Shown here in pieces: positions 1 through 10,750 of a stretch of DNA of 64,000 nucleotides (its first letter is position 1; the number at the start of each line of letters is the position of its first letter). The stretch comes from Lepidodermella squamata (taxonomy: Eukaryota > Animalia > Gastrotricha), in NCBI GenBank assembly GCA_047495785.1, contig JBLDXI010000009.1, positions 434,001-498,000 of the forward strand. The letters are read 5' to 3'. Both the position numbers and the translations under genes were made by a program. The notes below the pieces were generated by a model. It saw only the letters and a program-made list of their open reading frames with translations. It was not told the DNA's origin and did not search any database.

Positions 1-1983
1 AGAGCTGCCAGTTTGCCCAGCATCCAAATTGCACAACAATATGTTAGTCGCATCGGCTCTACAAGTTGAAAGAGGCGAAGCAATGGATGTTCGGTGTCCT
101 GTCAATTACGAAGCAATATCAAGCCTGCGCAGTAAGGATACTCGGATGAAGGACATAAAAACGGCGCGAGTAAAGTGTACCGGCTTTAATAACGGCAGCT
201 TTGATGCTGGAATCACCTGCGAGTCTAACCCAGTCGAATGTGATCCGCCCTGCCAAAACGGCGGCGTTTGCTTGGCTTTCGGCAAGCGATCGACTGACTT
301 CATCTGCCAATGTACCTCGTCCAAATTTCAGCAACCAGATTGCTCTTTCGACAGCTCCTATCTTCCGCTTCAAACGGCGCTGTTCCTACCCCTCTCATTA
401 AATACCATGTTCGTGACCAATGACAATGCTGAGACGTTCACTTTTATTGACAAATCAGGCGGCGGGAATGTGTACTATACTCGGCTCTCGAGTAATACCT
501 ACTACACTTTTGATAGGACATTGGTTTCAAAGGACGGTAGGCCAGTCGAAACTGTAACAACTGTATTCACTGGAATTGCCGAGTCGATGCTAAGCGTTGT
601 TTTCAGTCAGCCACGGCAAAATACAGCAAATAATATCAAAACCACCACATTTGTGTTTTATTTGTTGGTTAATTCTTCAACGGCCGACGAAAAAGGTCTA
701 TCAATTCCGATCTTGTCGTGGTCAAATGCCGATGATGCCTCAATGGCGACGCTCGTATGGCTCGACTATTCAGGTTACATATCCTTCAGCTTCATCCAAG
801 CTGATGGCAAGCGTGTTGAATTGAAGAGCCGGCTCGAAATAGACTGCTCAGAATGGACTATGATAGCAATGACATTTGAGCGGAATAGAATCAAGCTAAC
901 AGTTCCTTATCTCGGCACAATGGAGTTGTTTCAGAATGGCCCCGGGGTACTGCCAACTGAAGTTTATGGCGCCGAGTCGATAACTCTGGGCTACTCCTTA
1001 GTCTTTGATAACTTTACGGATGTTGATCAGTCTCTACGCTTCTCGATCGTCTGTTTCGGAGTGGTCGAGCACCTAATGACTGCAAATGAGTTGACCCGGT
1101 ACGCTGATATTTGTCGGTTCAATCATGGGGGAAGTGCCTTGAAATTTGGCCCTACTGTAGCCTCGACACCTCAGAAGAAAGTTAACGGATCGGACCATGA
1201 ACACGTCAATACGGAAGTTTACAAAGCTGTAAATAACACCGCTTATGGCAGCGATGTAATTCCTATCACTGAGGACGAAAAAACTAGAACCGAGGACATT
1301 TTGGGTGAATAATTTCGCCAATAATTTTCCGGATAATCTAATTTTTTTCATCTTCAGCTCTTGTGGGATATCTTCGTATAGAGGGGGTGATCAAAACTAA
1401 AAAGGAAGAGCTTGTTACGGATTGGAAAATATGGCCGCGCCAATTGAATGACCTAAATTCGGTCTTGGCAGACAAATACGAGGGAGCGATCTATCCTTCC
1501 GTAAGAGTTTTCCTAATCAGTCACATGTTTTCATCTTTTAAATTTCATAGTTGAAAGAAATCATCCGAACAGCCGGTTTTGGGCGCATACCCGTTGAAAT
1601 AACGGGTTTTCGAGCCGGTCTTATAGTCGATTTTCGCGTGTTCACTAAAGGTGAATACTTCCATCCGTCTCAGCTTGAGGACATTGACTTCGTGATTCGT
1701 AACGTCACTCGAGCTTTGTCAAATACAAAGACAGAGGCAGATCGCTGGCCACAGGTGACTGATATCAGAATTACAAAAATCATCTACGTCGAACGCCACC
1801 AGTTTCACCATGCCGAACAACGAGGTTTTTCATATAAAATGACTTACTCATTTTGGAATGAATAATCAATCAATTTGTTTACCATATTTTACAGTCTCTA
1901 ACGGCACCAGTGTCCGAAATTCATTATTTTGGTTGCTTTTTATATCAGTTGCAAATCGAATATTCGCCCCAGCAATTTGTTGA
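1..1983 (+). CDS. 3' part of a cell-surface CCP/sushi-like + EGF + LamG/pentraxin-like + SEA-like protein, probable GPI anchor (5' truncated by window)
   Basis: Frame is open from the window start. Exons <1-1304, 1358-1500, 1551-1824, 1895-1983 join in phase through GT-AG introns. EGF CDPPCQNGGVC..CQC..PDC; beta-rich LamG-like segment (EWTMIAMTF..IKL); SEA-like ITGFRAGLIVDFRV; C-terminus SNGTSVRNSLFWLLFISVANRIFAPAIC*; AATAAA at ~1992. Confidence 0.7.
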
Positions 1984-2185
1984 GCTGATTTAATAAACGT
2001 CAGAGTGTCGTCATCAATGCAGCAGCCACTATGGTCACACGCAAACACGGTTGAGTGCGAAAGATTTGTTTTCTTGGGTCAAGACTCTTCGAGAAGTGAG
2101 GCGGAAAGCGGAGAATTCAATAAAAATTCAATTCGGTTTTCCTCACACACATATGTTGTGCCAATCATTAGATGACCGTCTAAAT

Positions 2186-4207
2186 ATGGATTCGGTTCAA
2201 CTTGTGATCACGACAGTGCTGCTGATAGGTATGGCAAGCTAGTTGAGTAGATTTGTATAATTCGCTTATTATTCGTCTGTTTTACAGTGAGTCAGTTTGC
2301 GTCAACCATGGGTGGAACCACTTGTATGACAATAGACTATAAAGACGACCGAATCGGGCAGATTTGGGCAGCTGGTGTCGTGGCTCCTTACGCCGTAGTC
2401 GCTAGCCCCCGCGAGTATCTCGGCGGGCAAAAAGTGAAGATCGTGTGCGCCGACGGGCGTTCGAGGGAAGCGAAGTGCAAATGCTGTCAAAACTTTATCG
2501 ACGTCTACTGGGATCCACCGGACATCAAAACATTTCAATGCTGCGATAATGGTGATAATTTTACTGTGGATTAATAATAAGGATTCACCATTGCAGTATT
2601 TTGCAGTATTTTGCAACAACGGAGGCACTTGCTGGCGCGGCATTTGCAAATGCATCGATGGTTGGACAGGGCCCGATTGCTCAACAGGTTTTTTTTTCGT
2701 TGAAGTGAAGTAGCGCTAGTAATATGTGACGTCTTTCAGTTGTTCTCCTCGGCACTCAGGTCACTGAGGGTGAATTGTATCCCACAATTCGATCTTCGAC
2801 CTCTGAGTACTCATACGTTGAAGATGATACTATGCCTCTGTTCGACTCTGCAATATCAAATGTATCCGCCACTTTGGACGAACTTGCAGTAAATAGTCTA
2901 ATAACTTATTCAACACGGCGAGAGACACTTGGCGAGAGCTCAGCGCAACCAATTTCTGCGGCTGCTATTACAACAGCACCACTTCAAAATGTCTCTATTA
3001 TAGGTAGGTAGCGGATGCGTTATCTTTGATGACCTCTTATAGCTTCCTTAATTACTTTACAGAAAATGGCTCAGTAACTTCTGTTGGTGATATTTACGAC
3101 CTACTGTTTCCTGATTTGCCATTTGAGAATCCATTCCCATCGTTTGTCGCTTCAGAACTCGTAAAGGAGTGCCAAGATATCTCATCAAAAGCAGTAGTTG
3201 CTCCTCGGAATAACGGCCGAGCGTCTGAGATTGGGCTGCACCTGGTTGTTTCTAAGCCTCCCACGATAGATTCGATTGCCGAGACAGCTTCATTGAAAGG
3301 AATGGTTATACTTTCCTGGGACGTGACGACTTGCCAATCCAAGAAAATTGTACATTCATCTGAAAGATTATTTATTGATAATCTTGAGGATTTATGGACA
3401 CCCAAGCTTCAGCATCTTTCAACTTCAAGTTATGAGGAGGGCTACCGAAAGAAACAGCTGATTGGAACAGTCGGTAAAACGCGAAACTCTCCGAATTTTA
3501 CACTTTCCTTCTGGTTGCTCATGGATGGAGACTTCGAAACTTCCTGCGAACTTGATCTTCGAAAATACCCTTTTGACCAGCAAATATGCAATTTCAAATT
3601 TGGCCTCGCTGCAGCTTCAAATCTGGTTGATTTCAAGACAGCTCAGATTCATTGCCTGATGAAAGGCAGTCGAGATTGGACGTTTCCGCCTGGAGGTTGC
3701 TCGGCATCAGTAAATTACTCTAGAATTAACGGCAATAACCCAAGAAGTGCCGTAGCAACATTCAGTCTTACAGCTGCTAGAAAATGGAGCTATTACATCG
3801 CCAATTACGTCACGCCTAGCCTGACCTTGGTTTCCTTCCAGCTCTTGGCTATCTTAATTCCACCGCGCAGCCTCGAGCGGATGGTTTTGACTGGAGCAGT
3901 TCTTATTGGAATTTTAATCTCGAAATCTGAACTTCTCAACAATTTGCCGAAAACCTCTGGAAACATGCTGCTCCGAGACTATATAGCACAGCTTACGTTG
4001 GTGGTCTTGGCATGCTCACTTTACGTGGTTTTCACTTGCTGTCTTGTCTCCGGGTGCAAAAAAGAGAAAAAAGCGTGCCAAAGCAGTGCCAATCTAGGCT
4101 GTGCCAAGGTAAAATTCGTACGGCTCGCCGACACCCTATTATTTCTATTGGCAATATCAAGTTTGGTTGCAATACACCTAAACGCTTTCTATATAATTCG
4201 ATCATGA
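2186..4207 (+). CDS. Cys-loop (pentameric) ligand-gated ion channel subunit with N-terminal signal peptide, CCP-like domain, EGF domain and S/T-rich stalk (~598 aa; LGIC-A)
   Basis: Exons 2186-2228, 2288-2551, 2607-2687, 2740-3003, 3063-4207, all introns phase 1. Signal MDSVQLVITTVLLIV; EGF CNNGGTCWRGICKCIDGWTGPDC; loop A WTP; Cys-loop CELDLRKYPFDQQIC; pre-M1 RKWSYY; four TM segments with LPKTS M2-M3 loop; AATAAA at ~4223. Confidence 0.85.
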
Positions 4208-4952
4208 GTTGAGCACTAATTTAATAAATGCGAACAGATTGTTGAGTGAATTTGGACATTTCAAGTAAATCCAAAGACATAGCTTAGCTGCCCGCCCAGG
4301 ATTGTTAGGCCCGGGATGGGGAATTATCAACAAGATAATTATAACCCGGGTCGGCGATCGCCACCGCGAGAAATGAAAAAATCATTAATAATACACACTA
4401 AAGAGCAATCAATAGCAATAGACATTGTGGTAATGTGGTAAAATTTTATAGAAAAATCTACAAGTTGCTCTCAGCTCTTCACCTTATGAAAAAATGTCAC
4501 TGTGCATCTGACTTGTGCAACCGACATGCGAATCGCGGACAGGGACCTTTTCGCTGACTCTTTCGCGCAGTGTACAGTTTGCGTGAAATTGACCACAGGA
4601 TAAGAAAGCGACAACCAATTCCAAATTTGGCACAAAAGCTTATCTTTATCTCTACAGACTACAGAAAACACTCCCTAAAAAGATAACACCTGCTATTTTT
4701 TTGCTGGCGTAGGTCTCTTATACCCGACGTTTATTGAACAGTGTGCAGAATACATGGGAGCAATCGATTAGTTAATCCGCTTGTTTCGTATTATATTATT
4801 GTACCCATTAATATTAATGTTGAAATTTTTGGAAAGCATTCTCTATGCTCATGTGTATACCATGCTTTTCTGATTCAAGCTTCTCGTCTATCTCTATACA
4901 TCTATATTATATAATACCTTGAAAAGGTCGCTGTCAGTACCAGCAACAAGTT

Positions 4953-7900
4953 ATGCCGAAGTCGAAAAAAGCTGCGACGGACAGGATCGAGGAGTTGATC
5001 AGTCATAAACAGCTGTGGTGGAAAACAGATATAACTGACGCTGGTGGCCGCGAGTTTTTTCTCATCGATGGCGACAGCTTGTTGGCTTACTTTCTTCACA
5101 ATCCCAAGCGATGGAAACTCACGGCTTCACATTTGATACAATCCAATCTTCAAATTATTTGGTTGATCGAAAGGTTTCTCGAGGAACTGAAGCTCCGTAA
5201 CTGCATCTTTGATATCGTGTTCTTTTCTTGCAACGCGATAGTTTGGAAGTCGGAGGATATGAGTGAGACCATTTTGGATAAATGTATGGCTCTTAGAGCT
5301 CTTGTACGGCTTCATTTGGAGCAACATCTCAAAACCATCAAGCATAACGCGTTTGAAGTCAGGGTATTTGCCGATTGGCGATGTGAGGAATGGTTGGCTT
5401 TCTGCGACGAGACGGATCCTCGGTTCATTTTAGCTTCTTTGGGCCGTTTCGAGAATTCAAAGAATCGCCATTTAAAAGGTTTCAAAATAATGCGAGCGAT
5501 GACGCTGCATTTGCTTCACAATGCTGATTGCTCTGTTGTTGACCTGGACGAGCTTTCATTTTATGGAAATCGCATAACAGCGCCCCTGGCTAACAGCTCG
5601 ACTTACAGGCGAGTAAACAAAACCTGGGAGTCGACAAGTAAAGAAATATACGAGAAATACATTGCTGAAAGTATCGAGACTACTGCCAGTCAAACGCTTG
5701 ACTCAATCGCAGAAATATCATCGTGGTTTTCTAAAAGCCAAGAGCAGCTGTCGACCAAAGTCCTCATCGCAGCCTTGAAAGTTTTTTCAAAAAAACACAA
5801 GTCTAAAGCGACAGAAGCGTCCATCAAACAGGCGGTTGTCTGCCACGTTGTTATGTTAAGGCTCCCGGTAGATATGCGCGTCCCTATTACTTCTAAGGCT
5901 GCGCATTTTATGAAGCACAGTAACACTGGTGAGTCAATACTTCCAGGCGGCAACTTAGCTATGTTCCACTGCTCGCTTCGATTGGTTTTGGAAATGCTAA
6001 AGAAGTCGGAAAAGCAGGCTAAAGGAAATCTGGTTGAAACGTTTGACGAGCTTTTTTTCCTTGGATTTGTGTTAACTGTTTCGGAACAGCGTAGTCTATT
6101 TGGCGAAAGTTTCAGCCTGATAAAGCTGATTGGAAAAACGTCCTGGTTACATGCTATGTCTTTGATCAAAGAAATCTTGCCGCATTCCCGCATTGAAGTC
6201 GATGCCCCCTTTTTCCCGGTCTACACAACTAGAACACCTATTAGGTATAAAAACCTCCAGTTTCCTCTATATAGACAACAATGAATGTTAGAAGTTATCT
6301 TTCCACAGTGCCAAAGAGGATACGGTGCACGCTGTTAACCTATTCAAGTTGGAGAACGAATTATTCCGAGAACTGACAAAGGCTGTTTTACCAGATGACT
6401 TTCAAACGCGAGAGGTAATGGACAAGGATTGCATTGAAGTTATCGAAGAATTTCACTGGCATTCTACAAAAGATAAGAGAATCAAAGCAGGTACAGCCGG
6501 CCCTACAAAAACCAAGTTTGTAGACGACTTGCCTCAAACATAGACTAATGAAATGTCTTGTGTTTAGGAACACGAAAAAAAAGAAACCAGACCGAGCGAA
6601 GCAGGACAAATTAGTCACTGAAGTCTTCGGGAAACTTGTCGCGGAGGAGTCGAATAAAGACAAGCTGAGAAAACTTCGGCAGGAAATTCAAACGAATAGC
6701 CACCTGTTAACTGCATTCAGCTTAACAGCTTTACGCATGAGAGAACTAGAGCTGCTCGAAGAATGTCTCGTAGAGCAACTGAATTCCAAATCTTATTCAA
6801 ACGTCGCTGCACTGAAGACAGAAATCTATGAAGTGGTTAAGAAAGCCTGTGAAACGCTTCCCAACGATGACGAATGTCGCTCAGCGGCTCTCCATCTGTA
6901 CGCCGACTGTCTCAACAGATTTGGATTTCGACATTGTGCTGAAGCAATTCGATGCGACGTGTCGGATAAAGGTGCCGAGCTAGCAGATAATTACTTCAAA
7001 TTCGAATCATCCCTGGAGTCCACTTCTTATCAGGAGGAACTGGCGTTTCATTCCGATCACGAGTATCAAATGCTATTCTGTTCACACCTGTTTGACAGGT
7101 CATCTGGTGGTCAGTCAGACAAAAGAGTCAGTTTTACGCCAGATGACTGGCAGCGAGAGTTGATGGATATAGTTGACCGGGGTGAATCAGCTTTAGTTAG
7201 CGCTCCAACTTCTAGTGGGAAAACGTTCATCGCCTTTTACGCCATGGAACAAATTCTTAAATCAGAGAACGACGATAAAATCATCTACATCTCTCCAACA
7301 AAAGCTGTTGTAAACCAGATCGCTGATGAAATCAAGTCCCGTTACCCGGAACACCAGAATGATATCGGAGTTTTCACGCGCGATTTTCGAGTTCGCCCGG
7401 TTGATTGCAAGGTTCTCATATGCGTTCCGCAAACTCTTGAGATTCTCATGCTATCGCCAATTTTAGCGCATACTTGGGCGCCAAAAGTGCGGCGAATAAT
7501 ATTTGATGAAGTTCACTCGCTTGGAGAAAGAGACAATGGCGTTGTATGGGAGCATTTACTGCTCCTTGCTAATTGTCCGATCATAGCGCTGTCAGCATCG
7601 GTAGCGAACTTGGAAGAGCTGTACACTTGGATGAAAGACGTTCAGTCTCAGAAAGGTTTCAAACTCCACAAGATTGTATCGACGAGGCGTTTCTGCGAGC
7701 TGCAAAAATGGGTTTACTCACCCAAGGACAATAAGAGTCAATCAAAACTTGCGGCCCCAGCTTCGAGTAAGGGCCACGCAAACGATGAAAATTCTTCTGG
7801 CGATGAGAATGATAACGACGGAAATGGATGGGTAAGCAGCAGTTATAGGAATAAAGAGGCAGTCGGTAACATGGTTAGAATCAACCCATTTGCTGGATTA

Positions 7901-9964
7901 AGTAGCAATAAACTCAAACAAGTCGGATTACCGCCAAATTTCCGTTTGTTGCCTGACGAATGCATCAAAGTTTACGCCAAACTGAAAAAAATGTGCAGGA
8001 AAAAACGACTCATCCCAGGCCCTAATTTCGAGAAGTTGGATCCGTCAAAGTTTTTTGGCGACCGTGGATTCCTAACACGGGACGATTCCGAGCAGTATGA
8101 GGAAGCGTTGAAAAGTGAACTTCTATCTTGGATTCACTCGCAAGATGAAACTGCTCCCCTGCGAGCTCAAATCCTCGATAAAGTTGCCGCGAAAATCGAC
8201 AAGAGACTGCAGAGGCTCTGTCTCGGACGAATGGATAAGCTGTTAGACGAAGCAAAAGTTGCGAAGGAATTTCCTCGCTTACTCCAAGATCTAGCGAGTT
8301 CTGATCGCTTGCCCGCCATCGTTTTTTGCCTTGATCGTGACGGCTGCATGGCGCTGGCTCAGGCGGCTGTCGCTGACATGGTGAGACAAAAAAATGAGAG
8401 CTATGCACGATTCTCTCCGCGTGGTAATGAACGCTTATTTACCCTAGCGGCAAGCTCGAAAAATCAAACGAAAATAGAAAGCGCGGTCTCATACTTGACT
8501 CCACTCTTGCGTCAAGACGAAGATTTAACTTTTTTGTTGGAAGCCTTGAGATATGGAATCGGTGTTCACCATGGAGGACTGCCGCCGCGGTATCGTCTTG
8601 TGGTTGAAATCCTTTTCCGCGAAGGCTACCTGTCAGCTGTCATTGCAACAGGCACACTTGCTTGCGGAATTAACACCCCGTGTCGCACTGTTGTTTTTGC
8701 TTTGGATAGCGTTTATCTGACCAATATCAACCATTTGCAAATGATGGGACGAGCTGGCCGCCGTGGTTATGACTTGATTGGCCACGTTGTTTATTTTGGC
8801 ATATCCATCCAACGTGTTAAACAATTGCTTTCGAGACCTCTACAGCCTCTGGTTCCAAACTTCCCGGTCTCCACGTCTCTTGTTCTTCGAACGCTATGCC
8901 TGGAAACTCAGTGTGAAAGTACGGCGAAAGCAGCCGTCCAGGCGCGTATCAAGGAATTGTACTCGGGTTCGTTCTATTCTCTTGGCCGAAGAATCAATAA
9001 TGATCAAGTGCTGAATATGGTCGGTTTTTCGATTCAACATCTCCTGAGCTCTGGTCTTATAAATAGGAATGGGAGATTGGTCGATTTAGCCGGACTGGTC
9101 TCCCACACTTTCTATGCCGAACCATCTAATTTGGCTTTCGCTGCTCTCATAGCCAGTGGGTTGCTGAAACACCTTTTGTCGGAATACAGGTCTAAGAACC
9201 TCCAAACAAAAGCCGACTACTTTTTGGAGATATTTGCCAGTTTCTTTTGCCGCTTAAAGGTTAACAAGTCAGCTGCGTCCAAAGCTGAAAAACATAAAGA
9301 TGCAATTATCCAGCTGCCACCTCTCCCGGATGAAATTATACGATTTTTGAACGACTATAACCAAGAAATAATCACGATTCTCTCCCACTGCCTACGCGCC
9401 GGGTGCTCCGAAATGCTACTAAAGACTGCTGGAAGAGACGAAGCGGAACTGTTGCCGTTATCTAATTTGGGCAAGCCGACGCTTCAACTGGAAGACTGTG
9501 ATTTGCGAAGAATACTTCAGGGAAATGCCCCAGCTGCAGATCACATCCGCTCAGGTTATTCGATGCTTTCTGGTTGGACCGATGACTTCACTGACGGCCA
9601 AGACATGGCGTCGCACTTACGATCAGGGCTGTACCTGGATGAGAAGTCTATTCCGTTTTTCACGATTTTCACGCCTCCCCCTAATGCTTACATTGTCGAT
9701 TTCTCTAACCATGGCAGTTTAAAGAGAATCGAAACTGAAAACCAAGTCAAGCCGGGTTACGCGTATGACGAACTGCTAAGCGTCAGCATGCTGCTACGGG
9801 CAATCAGCGCTTCTCTTCGGCGGCTGTCCAAAATCAATCCCACAGATTACGAACTAATTTCCGCAGTAGCAAATGCCGCCTCGAGTAAATTCTACTTGAA
9901 AATGGAAAAATACTCTTACATGAAACCACCTAATTCTTTCATCGAAGAAGAGCTTGCGTTTTAG
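4953..9964 (+). CDS. DDX60: DDX60-like Ski2-family DExD/H-box RNA helicase (~1631 aa)
   Basis: Exons 4953-6244, 6309-6515, 6568-9964 (phase-2 introns of 64 and 52 nt). DDX60-type N-terminus EFFLIDGDSLL; PDDWQRELMDIVD..SAPTSSGKT (motif I); IIFDEVH (II); ALSAS (III); GIGVHHGGL; ATGTLACGIN; QMMGRAGRRGYD (VI). Confidence 0.9.
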
Positions 9965-10006
9965 AACGCGACACCGAATTGTTTTATTGACCCTTGTGAC
10001 TAAACG

Positions 10007-10750
10007 TTAGCATGCTGTGTAACTCGTATGCTTGCTTTTGTAAACACATTCCAGAGTTTTAAATGCTGCTGACAGGGCTGTTGCTGCGAGGACGGCTGTT
10101 GTAATTAATACGATTGCAATGCTTGTGATAGCCAACACGATTGAAGTCCGATAATTACTGATTTCTTGATTTGGTGGCTTGCGAAGTGCGTAAATTAGCG
10201 CTGGAATCGAAAGAAACCAAATGCCGATGAAAGCTGAAGTTATACTTAGACCAAGCGCGATTCGGCGATATTTCTCAATGCGCTTATTTCGATCAAGTCG
10301 CAAAAAGTCATCATTGAGCTCGTTTTGAATGACAGCAAACTCGCTCGGCGAGAGTGAAGACACCGGTGTAACAGTCGCTGCCTTCGAAGCGACTTCAATT
10401 GATGGTGAAACCAATGGCATATTGCATTCGAACTGCACAAGCGGAATGCCTGAGCTACAGGAATCGAAAGAGGTTTTCTTCCGCGTTGGCATTCTTGGAA
10501 TCTCCTGGCCAAAGTTGGACCCTAAACTGCCGCTGCCAAATCGGTTCTGCTGACTGACTCCAGATTGCATGTTAACAAGCAGGTGCTGCGGCCGGGAGAG
10601 CTTAGTTTGCGGGTAGTAATCCTTGTGAGGCGAGGTTGCTGGCTTGACCGGCTCAATCGCCTGTGGCGGTGGCGGAATCGGCTCTTCACTGCTGAAAGGT
10701 TGCAGCGTGCTTCTTCCACCATATGCGTGCTTCAGGGCGGCCGAAGTCAT
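10007..10750 (-). CDS. CD225/dispanin-like (PRRT/IFITM-type) membrane protein, 247 aa
   Basis: Single ORF: long P/S-rich N-terminus, then ALGLSITSAFIGIWFLSIPALIYA (intramembrane segment), a short charged loop and a C-terminal TM SIVLAITSIAIVLITTAVLAA, which is the CD225 topology. The usual CC pair is absent. Minus-strand AATAAA at 9983-9988. Confidence 0.55.
   Translation of the reverse strand: MTSAALKHAYGGRSTLQPFSSEEPIPPPPQAIEPVKPATSPHKDYYPQTKLSRPQHLLVNMQSGVSQQNRFGSGSLGSNFGQEIPRMPTRKKTSFDSCSSGIPLVQFECNMPLVSPSIEVASKAATVTPVSSLSPSEFAVIQNELNDDFLRLDRNKRIEKYRRIALGLSITSAFIGIWFLSIPALIYALRKPPNQEISNYRTSIVLAITSIAIVLITTAVLAATALSAAFKTLECVYKSKHTSYTAC

Noticed and set aside
1825-2228. Single fused gene joining the LamG/SEA protein to LGIC-A
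   Set aside because: Gene 1 has its own hydrophobic C-terminus, stop and AATAAA, and LGIC-A has its own ATG and signal peptide; read-through is not excluded but is unsupported.
3026-4207. Calling the channels true nicotinic acetylcholine or GABA/glycine receptors, or bacterial contamination/HGT
   Set aside because: No YxCC, loop-B Trp or PAR motif; they have a real Cys-loop disulfide motif and spliceosomal introns, unlike prokaryotic pLGICs.
6245-6567. DDX60 frameshifted pseudogene or split gene
   Set aside because: Two canonical phase-compatible short introns restore one continuous ORF with intact helicase motifs.
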